Origin: Podarcis filfolensis
Lineage: Eukaryota
Reading direction: 5' to 3' (one strand)
DNA length: 64,000 bases
Assembly: GCA_964270895.1 (NCBI GenBank)
Contig: OZ185437.1
Shown here: positions 34,876 to 47,475 of the stretch, piece by piece
Position numbering within the stretch: position 1 is the stretch's first letter
Layout of the letters: every line of letters starts with the position of its first letter
Notes under the pieces: model-generated
Database searches by the model: none
What the model saw: the letters and a program-made list of their open reading frames with translations, nothing else
Told to the model about the DNA's origin: nothing
Position numbers and translations under genes: made by a program

Positions 34876-36329
34876 TAACTGATTTTAAATGTGACTCAGC
34901 AGGCAGGGCCTCTGATGCAGATATCAAGGCACAGGCAGGTTCATACAGGTGCAAGTTGTCCTTCAAATAACCATGCCCCCCAAACAATTTAAAGACTTTA
35001 AAGGCCAAGACTAGCACTTTGAATTGGGCTTGGAAACACACTGGTAGCCAGTGCAGAATGCTTGCAATGTGCTTAGACTGCCTAGACCCACAAGCACAGA
35101 ACTGGCCACATTCCGTATCAGCTGAAGTTTCTGGGCCCCTCATAATGAATTAGCATAATTTACAGTATTTGGTGAACCCCCTCCCTCCTTATTTTAAGCA
35201 TGTCACATTCTTTCATATACAAAAATAGTTATCGTATCCTCTCCCCAGGTGTATGGTTCAACAGAGTAAAGGTGTCTTATCAGATGGATGCCGTAGGCAG
35301 GACTTCAAAAGTTTATTATCAAGAACCTCTGGTCTAGTGGGAGGTTCATACTCCCAATTTCCCAGTTGCCTTCCTACCTGAGGATACTGGCAAGTGCTTG
35401 GAACCTATCCTAGTTAAGGAAAAGGTGTGAGTCAGCTTTGGATGTCCTGCCTGCAGGACTCAGCTGAGTTTGCGCCATCTGCTGGATCATGCCCTGTGGA
35501 AAGGATAGATCCAAACCTCACGGGTAAGTGCACATTTTTATCTGTGTTATTTTGTTGGCATCAGAAGTATTCGATAAGCAACAAAATAAGTTTGATGGGC
35601 ACCTCTTTCATTTTATGATTATATCCCATTGATCATAGGAAGCAATTTGGCAGGCCATTGAGTGTCACAATCATTACATTACCAATGAATTATAAAAGAA
35701 AATAGGTTCACTGACTTGTGTTTGCTGTTTTGTGGCAGCCATGAGCACCGAGGAATATTTACAAACCTTCTGAAATAAAATAATTTTATGCACTGGTTCC
35801 TATGATAACTCACAGAAATCAGTTACGGAATTTTTGCAAATAATTTAGAATATTTTACATGTTCTGATACAGTGATATTTAAAATCTAGATGAAAAAATA
35901 GATTTTTCAGGATAGACACAACTCCACTGGAGAGCTGCATGTGTGCACTGATACAATTTTTTGGAATTGTTGTGCATGAGTTATTAGTGATTCGTTTTAA
36001 AATCTTCTTACTTTTGTTTTTGCATATTTACAATCTGTTCAGACCAATTACTAGTGTTCTGGATCACTGCATTTTTGTGCATTTGTCTTTCCATGATATT
36101 AATCATTGTATGTATGTGTGATTTAAATATATTTGATACTGTGGAAGACATTCCTGTCCAGGTAAATTTGAAAAGTCAGTATTTTTTTCCTAGTACTCAG
36201 TATAGTGCTAGAAATTCTACTTTCCAAAGTTGTTTTTAGAATGAGAAAAAAATAACCTATTGCAAAAGTGCTGATGAGCAATAATATTTAATGTTTTTCC
36301 TCTTTTCCCTCTTCCTCATGGTACTCCAG

Positions 36330-36344
36330 AAATTTATGATGAAG
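36330..36344 (+). CDS. RYR2: RYR2 microexon 5 (15 nt) KFMMK
   Basis: Pyrimidine tract, ctccag acceptor, AAATTTATGATGAAG, gtaagc donor. Confidence 0.95.
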
Positions 36345-37740
36345 GTAAGCTTGAAAACTGTTGTTTAATTAATTTATCTCTTCTCAACCAAGAACAGTTC
36401 AGAAGAAATGCAGAACTCTGTATCACAGTAAAGTCAATTAAATAGTCAATTAAAAAAAAAAATCTTAACCAGACAGTTGTAAAAAGCCAGTTGGTTAAAT
36501 AGCCTTTCTATAACATACGGAACATCCAGCATTCACAAAGAAGGAAATTTGTAAGAAGATTTATACTGCTCTCCCTGGCCAAATATGGTTATATAGTGGC
36601 TAAGGATCAGATTTAATAATTATTCCTATTATAGTAAAATTATGAAATTTGGCTCAAATACATGGAACCTGGCTATAATGTCTGTAAAATTCTGTAATGC
36701 ATTCGAGGTACTAAACTGTATCAAATGCCACTGGATACTTTACAAAAGTTTTCGGGATTATTTTCCTGTCCTTCAACTTTGTCATAACTTTCCTCATTCT
36801 GTTGTTAAGCTTCAGTATTCATGCCTTTTAGTGGTTTATTTTTTTCACCAAAAAATCTGAGGGTTTGCCTTTTCAATATGCGGTAAACCATATAAATTTT
36901 CTAGTTTTTAACAGGGTTTATTAAACTGCTATCTGTTACTGTGTTGTGTGAGATGTTGGTTGGATCTTGGAGTATTAACTTCATTTTTCCTACGTCTGAG
37001 ATGATTACCTGGAGTGCTCTTTTCTAAATCCCATCCAGCTATTAGAAGTGCAGTGTTGTCAGCTAAGTTTATTTGTTTAATGTTTAATCATTATTTGTTT
37101 AATGCATTTATTTTGCTGTATAAGCAGCATTTTTTTTGGGGGGGGGTACAATGTCCTTAAAATCATTGTACTTCCAACAGTCAGTTTGCGTAGGTTTGAG
37201 ACAGGGCATTCTTGGGACTCAGCTATACAGCTGCAAATAAAACATTTTAAGTGTGTTTTAAGTGCAATATACAAGGTGACACTAGATGGCAATGGTGAGC
37301 CTTATGGAAAATTCAATGTATTTTTAGAAAGGCTTTTAAAACAAAGCATTTTCAGAACAGTTTTTATATGTGTCTAGACTCCACCTTGTGGCAATTCAGC
37401 ACATATCTAGCAGTAGCTGACAGTGTGGTGGGGCTGTGCTGTTCACCAGACCCCTCTGGCTATGTTCTGCTGTGTACTGAGAGTGAGGGGTGAGGCAGTG
37501 GTGAGGCCAGCTCAGTGCCAGCATCCTGGTGGAGCCAATTTGGCACTTAAGCTGGCACATTTGCACTGCTGGTGTTTTGCCCTCTTTGCAGCAGTGATGC
37601 AGCCAGAGGGAGTGTTCTGTTTGCGACTGGTTTCTAAGATGAAGATTAATTTGTAGCCAATATACAATTTAGGCAAATTAAATACAAATGTATTCAAAAT
37701 CTGCATGTTCCCTGTGATGCTACTTCTGGAAGTGAATACC

Positions 37741-38285
37741 TGTCAGAGCTGGTTCAGATGCAGGTCAGCACACAAGACGCAGAGTTCGGCAGTGCAGTTG
37801 ATTTTTTTATTCAAGAAAATGGCATACAGCTCAGCAATACCTCCCCTCAGGACTGATGGTGCCCGCCTTCTGCTTCCTCTAGGTCTCTGTTTCCCACACA
37901 GCCTCAAACTATATAGGGCACCTGTCATCTCTGTTTCACTCTATGCATCACCCTACATGTCCTTGGAGACAAGTGGGGAGGCGAGCTTGTCACAGGAGGA
38001 GGGCAGACTCCTGGGATTCTCCTGCAGCCTCTTGCCCCTCTCGTCTTCTTCAGCCTCTGAGTCTGAGCTGCTCCCTGTCACAGGCTCTCCTTGCTCACTA
38101 AAGCCTGTTGCTTCTTCAGCACCCAACCCTACATTCTTCAGCATTCCTCCCTACATTCTCTCCCTGACTTCTCCTTGGTGTCCTACCACCAATCCTTGGG
38201 CTCTGAGCCTTTCTCTTTTGGGGGTTCCCTTGGGGGTTCCCCAGCTGGTTCCTCCCACCACTCCTTGTCATCTAGTCAGCCCTCT
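37741..38285 (-). mobile_element. Decayed LTR-like element (family D); 5' bound uncertain
   Basis: Minus strand: acidic/Trp-rich frame remnant, then SPRT, a TATATA-like box near 37910, AATAAA at 37806-37811, and a ...CTGACA terminus at 37741. No second TSD was found. Confidence 0.6.
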
Positions 38286-38337
38286 TTGTAGCTCAGTGGT
38301 GCAGTGCGGAGGACCCATTCCCTCTCTACCTATCGTT

Positions 38338-38452
38338 TGTGTGTGCGCATGCACACACATACACACTTGTTTATCTCTTCCCATTGAGTGTGTGTGCCTG
38401 CCTGCCTGCCTGCCTGCCTGTGTGTGTGTTGAATGTGTGTGTGTGTGCATGT
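38338..38452 (+). repeat. Compound (TG)n/(CA)n/(CCTG)n low-complexity tract
   Basis: Read directly from the sequence. Confidence 0.9.
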
Positions 38453-40321
38453 GAGCGGAGTGTATTGGCCATGCCTTCTGCTGACATGCAGATTATGGAG
38501 TGGTGGTCAACTCATTGTGGCCTTTGGGCTGAGGAAAGTTAACCAGACCTGATTTAGTGCATTATGAAGTAGACTTTGACCAAGGCTTCTCCACAAAACC
38601 TTAGCAGACATGAAAAATTCTGTTCAGAGTGATAGTCCTGGTAATATGGGTGCTCAGATTATATCAAGCTTTGTAGGACAAAATCAGCACTGACTAATGC
38701 CATTGAAACATTTCATGATTTTTCAAGATTTTTCTCTCAGTCCAGCCTCTCTGGATATTTCACCTCCAGGTGTTGTTGTTAGGGACCTGTCTCTTGTACC
38801 ATACACATGAATGGCACTAAATGAATAGGTAAACAGTTTGTTACTTGCATAGTGCCCTCCATGTACATTCTTGAAAAAGAATGAAGAGCAAGTCTGTACC
38901 CTGAGGGTCTTACTATCTAGATAACAGATATAGGGGAAGTAAATGAAGGCAAGGGAATAGTATATTGTTTTTTCAGCTATATGTATTTAGGCTTAGTTGC
39001 TGGAGGGCATGGGGACAAGGAAGTTGTTCCAAAGGCTTCAAGAAAAGGGTTTGTTTTGGAGAAGGATTTGAAGTCAGCAAGAGAAGTGACATCATGAAGG
39101 TGATATGGGAGGCAGACACTAAGTGCCTTTGAGGGTCCCTTCTGCAATCTCTGTTCAAGAGCGAATGTAGTTAATGCAAGAAAGAAAGTGGATGAGAGTT
39201 CTTTTAAAATCACATGTTTTATAAACCTTCCATTGTATGTTTTACAACTGCTCACATGATTCCCCCCCCCCCATTAAGCCCAATACTGTACTTTTTTATT
39301 TTTTGCAAGTGATGGAAAAGAGCAGTTGATGATAGAAATGCTGTCTCAGCAGCAAAGATAAATATTTATATTTTATATTCAAGGCTATGCTGTCAGTATC
39401 AATGCAGGAATGTATTATCAATTTATTGAGGAATTGCTGATTTTTTTTAAAAAAAATGCATATATGCTAAGCTATCTGTTGCTGGGAAAGTAGACCATAT
39501 ATTTTGTATTGAATATGTTAATCAAGATACCTGATTTATCATCTTCAGTATGCTTCTAGCTATATGTTCAGTCATTCGCCAGCAAATCAATAGCTTTAAA
39601 ATCAGGAGCATTTGTCATCGTGTTGCCATAAATGATTGTGAGATGATTATCAATGAATTCAGTCTCTGGAATAGAGGCTATAAAATATCCCCTTATTAAT
39701 GAAATGTATGCAGGCATCTCATTTAGATGATTTATTCAAGGCCTCTCTTGCCTTTATTTTGCTTGCATGAGCTACAGCTATAAAGCAATTACCCCTTCTT
39801 CCTCTCCCCTCACCTGGTTTTGCATGTATAGTTGATGGTGACAGATTCCATATACATTCTAGCTTTTGCACTGTCTGTCACCCACTGTTGAGAGTTCCAT
39901 CTCCTATTAAATGTTATCTTAGCAGAGAGAACAAGTCTGTTTATCACCAACTTTTAAAGTATCCTGAATCCTGATGCCTACTGCAAAATTGCTTTAAATT
40001 ATTGCCCCCTGTGTTGAATTATTTTACTTGAGATGGTTGTGTGTTTATACTGTATAGCTATATGTATGGGGTGAACATTCTGTGGCATGCACTGATAGGA
40101 TTCCGGAATTTATTTTTTTTCTATGTTAGGTAAGAGATGTTCAGCAAATTCCAAGGCTAGGCCATTTCATTGTAAAAGTACATTGCCTTTGTGGGCTTAT
40201 TGCAGAGATCATAAAATATTGCTGAAATGAGGTTCCCATAAGTTTTTTTAAAAAGTTATTTGCACTCTCCTAAATGTGACTAGGGCAGCACACAAATGTG
40301 GGTGTGTTATTGTGCCATGCC

Positions 40322-40466
40322 CAGTGCTTTTTTCTGGGGGGACGCAGGGGTACACATACCCCTAAACATTTTGTGAATCTAAGTTTGGCCTCATTGAGGG
40401 GAAGTATTTCAATATGAGTGGGAAAATTAGAGTAGCCCTAAACGTTTTTAAGAAAAAAAAGCACTG
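40322..40466. mobile_element. hAT MITE, inverted sister of 1866-2011
   Basis: Same TIRs and body; degenerate TSD gccatgcc / gccacggc. Confidence 0.85.
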
Positions 40467-40809
40467 GCCACGGCGTAATACAAAACCTGAGGGTAGGGGA
40501 AATGAAAAATAGGTGTTTGACCCTTGGCTTTCAACACAATGAACTACAGTCCAGCGGACTGCATAGGCATTCCGGTTGCAAAAATGGTAATGGAATAACG
40601 TAGTGGAACACTGCCCAGGTCATGGAAGAGCAGCTGCTTCAGAAGCCCATCTTGCATCAAGAATTGTTACTTATTCTAGCCTACCAGAAGGGGTGGAATG
40701 GTTGTGCTACAATTTAGTAAGAACACAGACTGGCAAGGAGGTCTCTTGCCTTACAGGCATTGCTGTTGTCTATTATTTTCTGGCAATTATATTTACATCT
40801 TAATAGGTG

Positions 40810-40950
40810 NNNNNNNNNNNNNNNNNNNNNNNNNNNNNNNNNNNNNNNNNNNNNNNNNNNNNNNNNNNNNNNNNNNNNNNNNNNNNNNNNNNNNNNNNNN
40901 NNNNNNNNNNNNNNNNNNNNNNNNNNNNNNNNNNNNNNNNNNNNNNNNNN
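40810..40950. other. Assembly gap (141 N) in intron 5
   Basis: Run of N. Confidence 1.
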
Positions 40951-41198
40951 NAAGAAAACTTATATTGAATGCTTGATAAATCTATTTCTTTTTTTACAAG
41001 TCATTTGCTTTAAGTTGTAGAGCATGTGTTTTGCATGCAGAAAATCCCAGCTTCAACACTTAGTGTCTCCAGGTGTGGCTGGGATGACCTCTGTCTGAAA
41101 CCCTGGGAGCTGCTGCCTGTCAATGTAGGGAATATTCAGCTACACAGACCAATGCTATGATTTGGTATACGGCAACATCCTATGTTTGTGTGTTCCTA

Positions 41199-41200
<2 letters not shown>

Positions 41201-41244
<44 letters not shown>

Positions 41245-41248
41245 ACAC
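41201..41248 (+). repeat. (AC)n microsatellite about 110 nt upstream of exon 6
   Basis: Near-perfect dinucleotide run. Confidence 0.97.
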
Positions 41249-41357
41249 TACTATTTTGACCCCTCAGAATAGGGGCAATGGGTGAATCAAGATTTCCTTA
41301 TAATAGAAAAGAACAATTTAATGCCAACATGCTAATGAATCCCTCTTATTCATGCAG

Positions 41358-41432
41358 ACTGCTCAAGGTGGTGGCCATCGAACGCTCCTCTATGGACACG
41401 CAATATTGCTGCGCCATTCATACAGTGGTATG
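41358..41432 (+). CDS. RYR2: RYR2 exon 6 (75 nt) TAQGGGHRTLLYGHAILLRHSYSGM
   Basis: atgcag acceptor and gtatgt donor; RyR MIR/beta-trefoil sequence. Confidence 0.98.
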
Positions 41433-42983
41433 GTATGTATGCTGATGTTAATGTCTTCTTTCGAGGCATCAAAATTAGAGGGCTGCAATTGATGGTTGAT
41501 GGGGAAAACTATATGCAATTGTCATAGAGATTATACTCTGTATGTGTGGTAGCAGGGAATTCTGTGGCTATTCTGTTCCAGTGCAATCATCAGTGTTGGC
41601 TATAATGCCCCCTGCATTATGGAATGCATTCCCAGAGGAGGTGAAGCAGATATCAACGTTGTATGAATTTCAGCATGCTGTGAAGATATTTTCATTTCAA
41701 CAAGCATCCTGTGGATGCTGCGTTTTTTGATAGTCAACTATTTTATGTATGATACAGATCCTGTATTTTATTTTGTTGTAAATCACGTAGAGATATGTGA
41801 TTGTAGGCTATTGATAAATATTTTAAATAAGTCAGTAAAAACCTGCACAAATGAAATCCTGAAGAATTGCATCCAAGAGATTATCACAGTTGTTACCAGT
41901 TGACTTTCAATAATAGTTTCATTGTTGTAAACCACATGGATATTTTTTAATGAAATAGTGGTATACAATTATTATTATTTTTGTAAATAAAAATAACAAA
42001 TACAAAGGAAGAGATTCACCTGATGAACCCTATAGGTGGAAGCCATGCACAAGGTCTTCCACTTTTGCAATGGGGTTGTTCCCTTGGTGTGCTCCCAAAA
42101 TTAACTCTCGGGTGAGGGAACGGAATGGGGGGATAATTTTATTTGGCAAGCTAATGTGCTTGTGCAGACGGAACATTTGTAACAGTACGGTATTGGATTT
42201 CACTCCTACCGTTTATTTCTTTTGAATCTATTATACTTCATCTGTAGTCTATACTCAACCTTAGAAATTTGGGGGTGCATGGGTAACATCTCTGATATTT
42301 ATATGCTGCTTTTCAGGCAGGCAAACATTAAAAATGTTAAAACAGTAAGCTTCAATTAAGATGGTTGAAGAAAAACAGCAAGGCAAGCTGCAAGCTCCTC
42401 CCCTCAGTGCAAGGTGGTTCTTGGGTAGCCCTAGGAGGAAGAGAGAGAGGTCACCTCAGTTGGAACACTTCGAGCAAGATGATGGACCAACTCTATTCTT
42501 ATTGCCAGCCTCTATCTCCCTTTTTTGTAATGTGTAATGTTGTTGCCTTATTTTATTTAACAAGTTGACACTGTGAAAGTAAGCATTTGCATTTTCCTTT
42601 AAAATGGAATTTACAAGGGTTTCCCTCAGAATGCAGCATGTTCCCTTCCTTCAGGAAAAAGCAATGTCTTCTCACATTTGGGCTTCTTTCTTGCAGCATT
42701 CTCTCTCCTACTTTCTCCTGCTTTCAGGCTTTGTGGTTTTGCTATGTCTCTCACATATAGCAGTTGTTATTCAAACACAGCAGCCTTGAGTTCTGAGTCT
42801 ATCTCTCTGTTTATGCTGGCACTCTATGTGTAAAAACGTCCCCTTAGAATAGCCCTTGCTCCCTTCTGGCAAGCCCATATCTACAGCTGCTCCATCTCCC
42901 TCACAGTATTATATAGCAAAGTAATTATATGTCTAAATTGAATAAGGAGCATAAAACTAGTTTTTCTTTTCCTTCTTTCTTAG

Positions 42984-43062
42984 TACCTGTGTTGTCTCTC
43001 CACCTCAAGAACATCAATGGACAAACTGGCATTTGATGTAGGCTTGCAAGAAGATACCACAG
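42984..43062 (+). CDS. RYR2: RYR2 exon 7 (79 nt) YLCCLSTSRTSMDKLAFDVGLQEDTT(G)
   Basis: ttctttcttag acceptor and gtaaat donor; in frame with its neighbours. Confidence 0.98.
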
Positions 43063-44071
43063 GTAAATAAAAGCTCTGCAAAAAACTGCACATTCTTTTA
43101 TATGGCAGCAAGTTGAAATGGGTTTAAATTTCCAACAGAAACTTACAGTATTATACAACTAAAAGCATTTGTTTGTACGTTCCAATAGACTTTAAAATAT
43201 TCTATGTTCCCTTTTTTTTACCTCACAAATGCCTAGTTCCTTTCCTGTTAAAAATATATGTGAACATACAAACACTGTAAGTTATTTATTATTTGGAATC
43301 CCTAGTGAATCTTTCAACTGAGACTGGTTTTGACTTTCTTCTGTTCAGATAGTATTCTGCTTGCAATTTTAAAGCTAATTCATTCAATATTTTATAGGGC
43401 AGTGGAGACCATCTCTCCAAGGTGAATTTAGTTGCATGTTTCTTATTATCAGCTTTGTGAGAATGCATATTTTAAAGACTATATCCATTCTACAGAAAAG
43501 GAGAGTGTGTGCCTATCACAGTTTGATTTTAACAGCAACATTTCTAGAACTATTCATTTAACACTCTTATTTAACACTCACAGTGTGGCAGTTGCTATTT
43601 TTTGCTTTGCAGACTCTTCTTTTGTTGACAGGAGATGTGGATTCATTTGATTATATGCAGCTGTCACACTTCTGCAATCTTTAAATGGTGTGGACTACCA
43701 CCAAGTGTAGAATAGAAGTCCCATCCTAACCATTTCATAGAGCCGGCTCCATATTCCATATTCTCAAAAATACAATTTTAAAAGGAGGTCAGAGACAAAA
43801 AAAAATTGTTAATGTAACAGCTGAAAATTAACTGTGGAGGAGCAATGGAGTCTTTAATATGAACTTTTCTCAGGGTATGGTCTAAAGATGCAGTAGACCA
43901 ACACCTTGCTGAAGCTGCAGGTCTGCATCTGGTCAGTGCCTGGATTGATCATTACCTGGGAACCACGTTTATACTGCCTTGGATTCCATGATGGAAAAAG
44001 GCAGTATACAAATGTACTTAAATAAGTAAAACTGCCAGCAGGCTAGCCATTTATTTTTGGGGCGCTATTGA

Positions 44072-44419
<348 letters not shown>

Positions 44420-44659
44420 TAGTGAGACAGACTCTAATTTTAAGACCATGTTTCTGATGTGTTATTGGATCTGAAAGTCAATACATACATGTTTAATGTT
44501 TTATTGTGTTTTTGTATATGCTGGAAGCCACCCAGTGGCTGGGGCAACCCAGGCAGATGGGAGGAGTACAAATAATCAAAATTATTATTATGACGTATTA
44601 GTCATTGACCTGGTTCATATGGCATGAAAATGTGTGGGCTCTTAGCGAGGAGCTCACTA

Positions 44660-45240
44660 TCGTGCCATATGCACAAACAGTTCTGGTCACCTCACCTCCA
44701 AAGATACTGTGGAGATTAAAAAGGTCCATAAAAGTGCAACAAAATGATCAAGGAGATGAAAGACTCCCTGATAGAGAAAGGTTACAACATGTGTGGTGCA
44801 GAGCAAGTAGAAGTTCTTCACCCTCTCTCATAACACTAGAACTCGTGAACATCCAATGAAGCTGAATGTTGAAAGATTCAAGACCGACAAAAGAAAGTAC
44901 TTCTTCATAAACCACATAGTTAAACTATGGAATTCACTCTTACAGTGTATAGTGGTTACCACCAATTTGGGTGGTTTTTAAAAGATTAGGCAAATTTATG
45001 AAGATTCAGGTTATCAACGGCTGCTGGTCGTCATTGCTGTGTTCTGCCTTCAATGTTTGAGGTGGTACGCCTCTAAAATACCCATTGCTGGGAATGGCAG
45101 GTGCAGAGAACACTGCTGCACTCATGTCCTGCTTGTCAGTTTCCCATGGGCATGCGGTTGGTCACTGTGACAACAGGACGCTGCACTAGGTGGCCCTTTG
45201 GCCAGATCCAATGGGGCTCTTGTCTTCTTAGTAAAGAACA
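44660..45240 (+). mobile_element. CR1 LINE ORF2 C-terminus and 3' UTR (approximate bounds)
   Basis: QFWSPHL.KD.VE..KV...ATKMIK...LP..ERL and VKLWNSL-type remnants. Confidence 0.7.
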
Positions 45241-46711
45241 CAAAGGCAGATGAAAATAATGCAGTTACCTATTACCATTAGGTCAGATGCTAAAACATAT
45301 GGTTTATTTATAAAAAAACATGTATTCTCCAGCCTTGTCTCTGCGCACCAATCAGAGCATGAGTTTATTTTACATAGAGGGAGGGGGTGTAACAGGAACA
45401 TATGGGACGGGAAGTAAATTCTTCTCACAATGCACTCAGAATGTCTCATCAGTATTTGCACTGAATTCTGATTTTGCTACAAAATACTAGCTGCTTAAAG
45501 CTGTTGCCTATTTTAGTAGTAATGAAGGTTGCAAAGGCATATTCCTGGCTTATAACTGCGCATATACATACATACATACATACCCACATGCCCACCCACC
45601 CACCATATTTCTCTTACTGTAATTTGTTTTAAACTGTTTTTACCATTGTGTTTAAATTGTTAAATTGTTTAACCTGACCTGGGACTTTAGACTGAAGAGT
45701 GGGCAATTGATGATGATAATAATAATATAGTACACCCTGGTAAATTGAAAGATAATTGGCTTCTGGCTATACAAAAAAACAGTAGGGGTTCCAAGTGGTG
45801 TCTGCTTATACTCCTGGGGGCCTCATGAGTTATGATGGGCAAGACTGGATTGATATTCAACAACTTGGTGCACCATACTATGACAGCTTTTCTAGGGAAG
45901 AACCCTGACTTCTTTCTGACATGGCATGGAAATGGAAGTGACATCAGCAGGACAGAGGACAGGAAGCTGGCACGTTGACTGCTGATCAAGACCTCTGAAC
46001 TGGAAAATAAACACATTGCTGATTCCTCGTTGCCAGAAAGATATAAGTGGCACAGTTAGTTTGTGTGTCAGTCCTGCACACCACTAAGTGTACAGAGTTA
46101 GCATCAACAGAGGATAGTTGAGAAGTAATATTAATCTGAATCTGGTGCTTCCTATCAGTTCCCTAGGGCACAGCATGTCTTTTAGCAGAAATTTTGATTC
46201 ATGTAACCCCAGCTTCAAAGAAAAATGCCGTCTGAAAGCTATTACTTGCAGCATGAATTCAGTGATTACTCAGTATTTTCTGATTCACTGACAGTTGCAT
46301 CAAGCCAGAGACCTGAAGAAAATTAGGTTTGAGCTTGAATGCAGGTGACTTGCTGCTGCAGAGACGTTTGAGTGACTTTTGGCTTCATAGGTTGTTGTTT
46401 CAATTTAGAAACTCCAGTGTGGATGCAGAGAGGGTTTGTGGTGTTTATACACAGCTCCTTGTGAGCAGGATTGTCCAGTTCTTATCAATATGTAAGGAAA
46501 CTTCCCTGTGCAGAGCATTGTCTAGTAGTGTAGAGAACTGTGTAGCACTGTTGATGTGTGCATGGTTAATTAGAACCCCAATGATATTTTCATCAATTTC
46601 AATTTGTTATTAATTTCAAAGTCTTCTTTTTTCTTTCTGCATATGAATAGTGAGATAAAATTCACAGTAATAGAAATAATGAAGCAATATCAAGAGTTGC
46701 AAGCTGGAGGG

Positions 46712-47240
46712 TCAACATCTTTGTAAGTGGCTTGGATGAAGGAATTGAGGGGACGCTCATAAAATTTGCAGATGACACCAAACTGGGAGGGGTAGCCAAT
46801 GCCACAGAATACAGAATCAGAATTCAGTATGACTTTAACAGATTGGAGAACTGGACCCAAACTAACAAAATAAATTTCAATAAGAACAAATGTAAGGTTC
46901 TCCCCTGAGGCAGGAAGAACCAGATGCACAAATATAAGATGAAGGACACCTGGCTTGCCAGTAATACATGTGAAAGTGATCTAGTGGTCTTAGTAGACCA
47001 CAAAATACTGGGGGTGGGGGCCAGGTAAGCCCCGCCCTGGATAATTGATCACATGACATGGTGCATGCACACCATTTTAACAGCAATTCTGCCCCAATTC
47101 TGCCCCATCAAGTATTTTATGGGGACGACGACGACGAAGGGACTTTGGCCTCTAGGGTTTGGCTTTTAAGTCTGAGTGCCACAATTTAAGAAGGATATTG
47201 AGGAGCTGGAACATGTGCAGAGGCTGGTGACTAAGATGGG
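46712..47240 (+). mobile_element. CR1 LINE reverse transcriptase fragment with an unrelated internal insert
   Basis: LIKFADDTKL motif at about 46756-46785, then FN..KCKVL. Confidence 0.8.
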
Positions 47241-47375
47241 TAGGGAGAAGAGAGGAAGGGAAAGTCTTGTTGCACAAGTTGAAATCTACTTGTATGATAT
47301 TTGATAAATACAGGTTCTTGTATATTCTTGTAGTATAGTTTAATAATTAGCTCTCTCTTTCTCCTATGTTTGCAG

Positions 47376-47475
47376 CATTTGTCTTATGGTAATGGCAGCT
47401 TGCGAGTTGACGCAGCCTTTCAGCAGACACTGTGGAGTGTAGCCCCCATCAGTTCAGGAAGTGAAGCAGCTCAAG
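47376..47475 (+). CDS. RYR2: RYR2 exon 9 (100 nt) HLSYGNGSLRVDAAFQQTLWSVAPISSGSEAAQ(G)
   Basis: ttgcag acceptor and gtaata donor. Confidence 0.98.

Larger units (their letters stand above)
34170..35130 (-). mobile_element. L2-like LINE 3' fragment hosting nested insertions (approximate bounds)
   Basis: Minus-strand HIASILHWLPVCFQAQFKVLVLAFK...GYLKDNLHLYEP in ORF 34856..35143; the host resumes left of 34236. Confidence 0.65.

Noticed and set aside
37705-38454. Longest ORF in the track (249 aa, + strand)
   Set aside because: It is the antisense read-through of a purine-rich LTR-like element plus a microsatellite, with Ser/Leu/Pro low complexity and no splice or family support.
40810-40950. 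ORFs spanning the N run, and a possible hidden exon
   Set aside because: The ORFs are artefacts of Ns. Exons 5 and 6 join in frame as in other RYR2 genes, so no constitutive exon is missing.
42015-42050. CTGATGA plus a cctatagg palindrome as a hammerhead
   Set aside because: It lacks the GAAA core and stem I.
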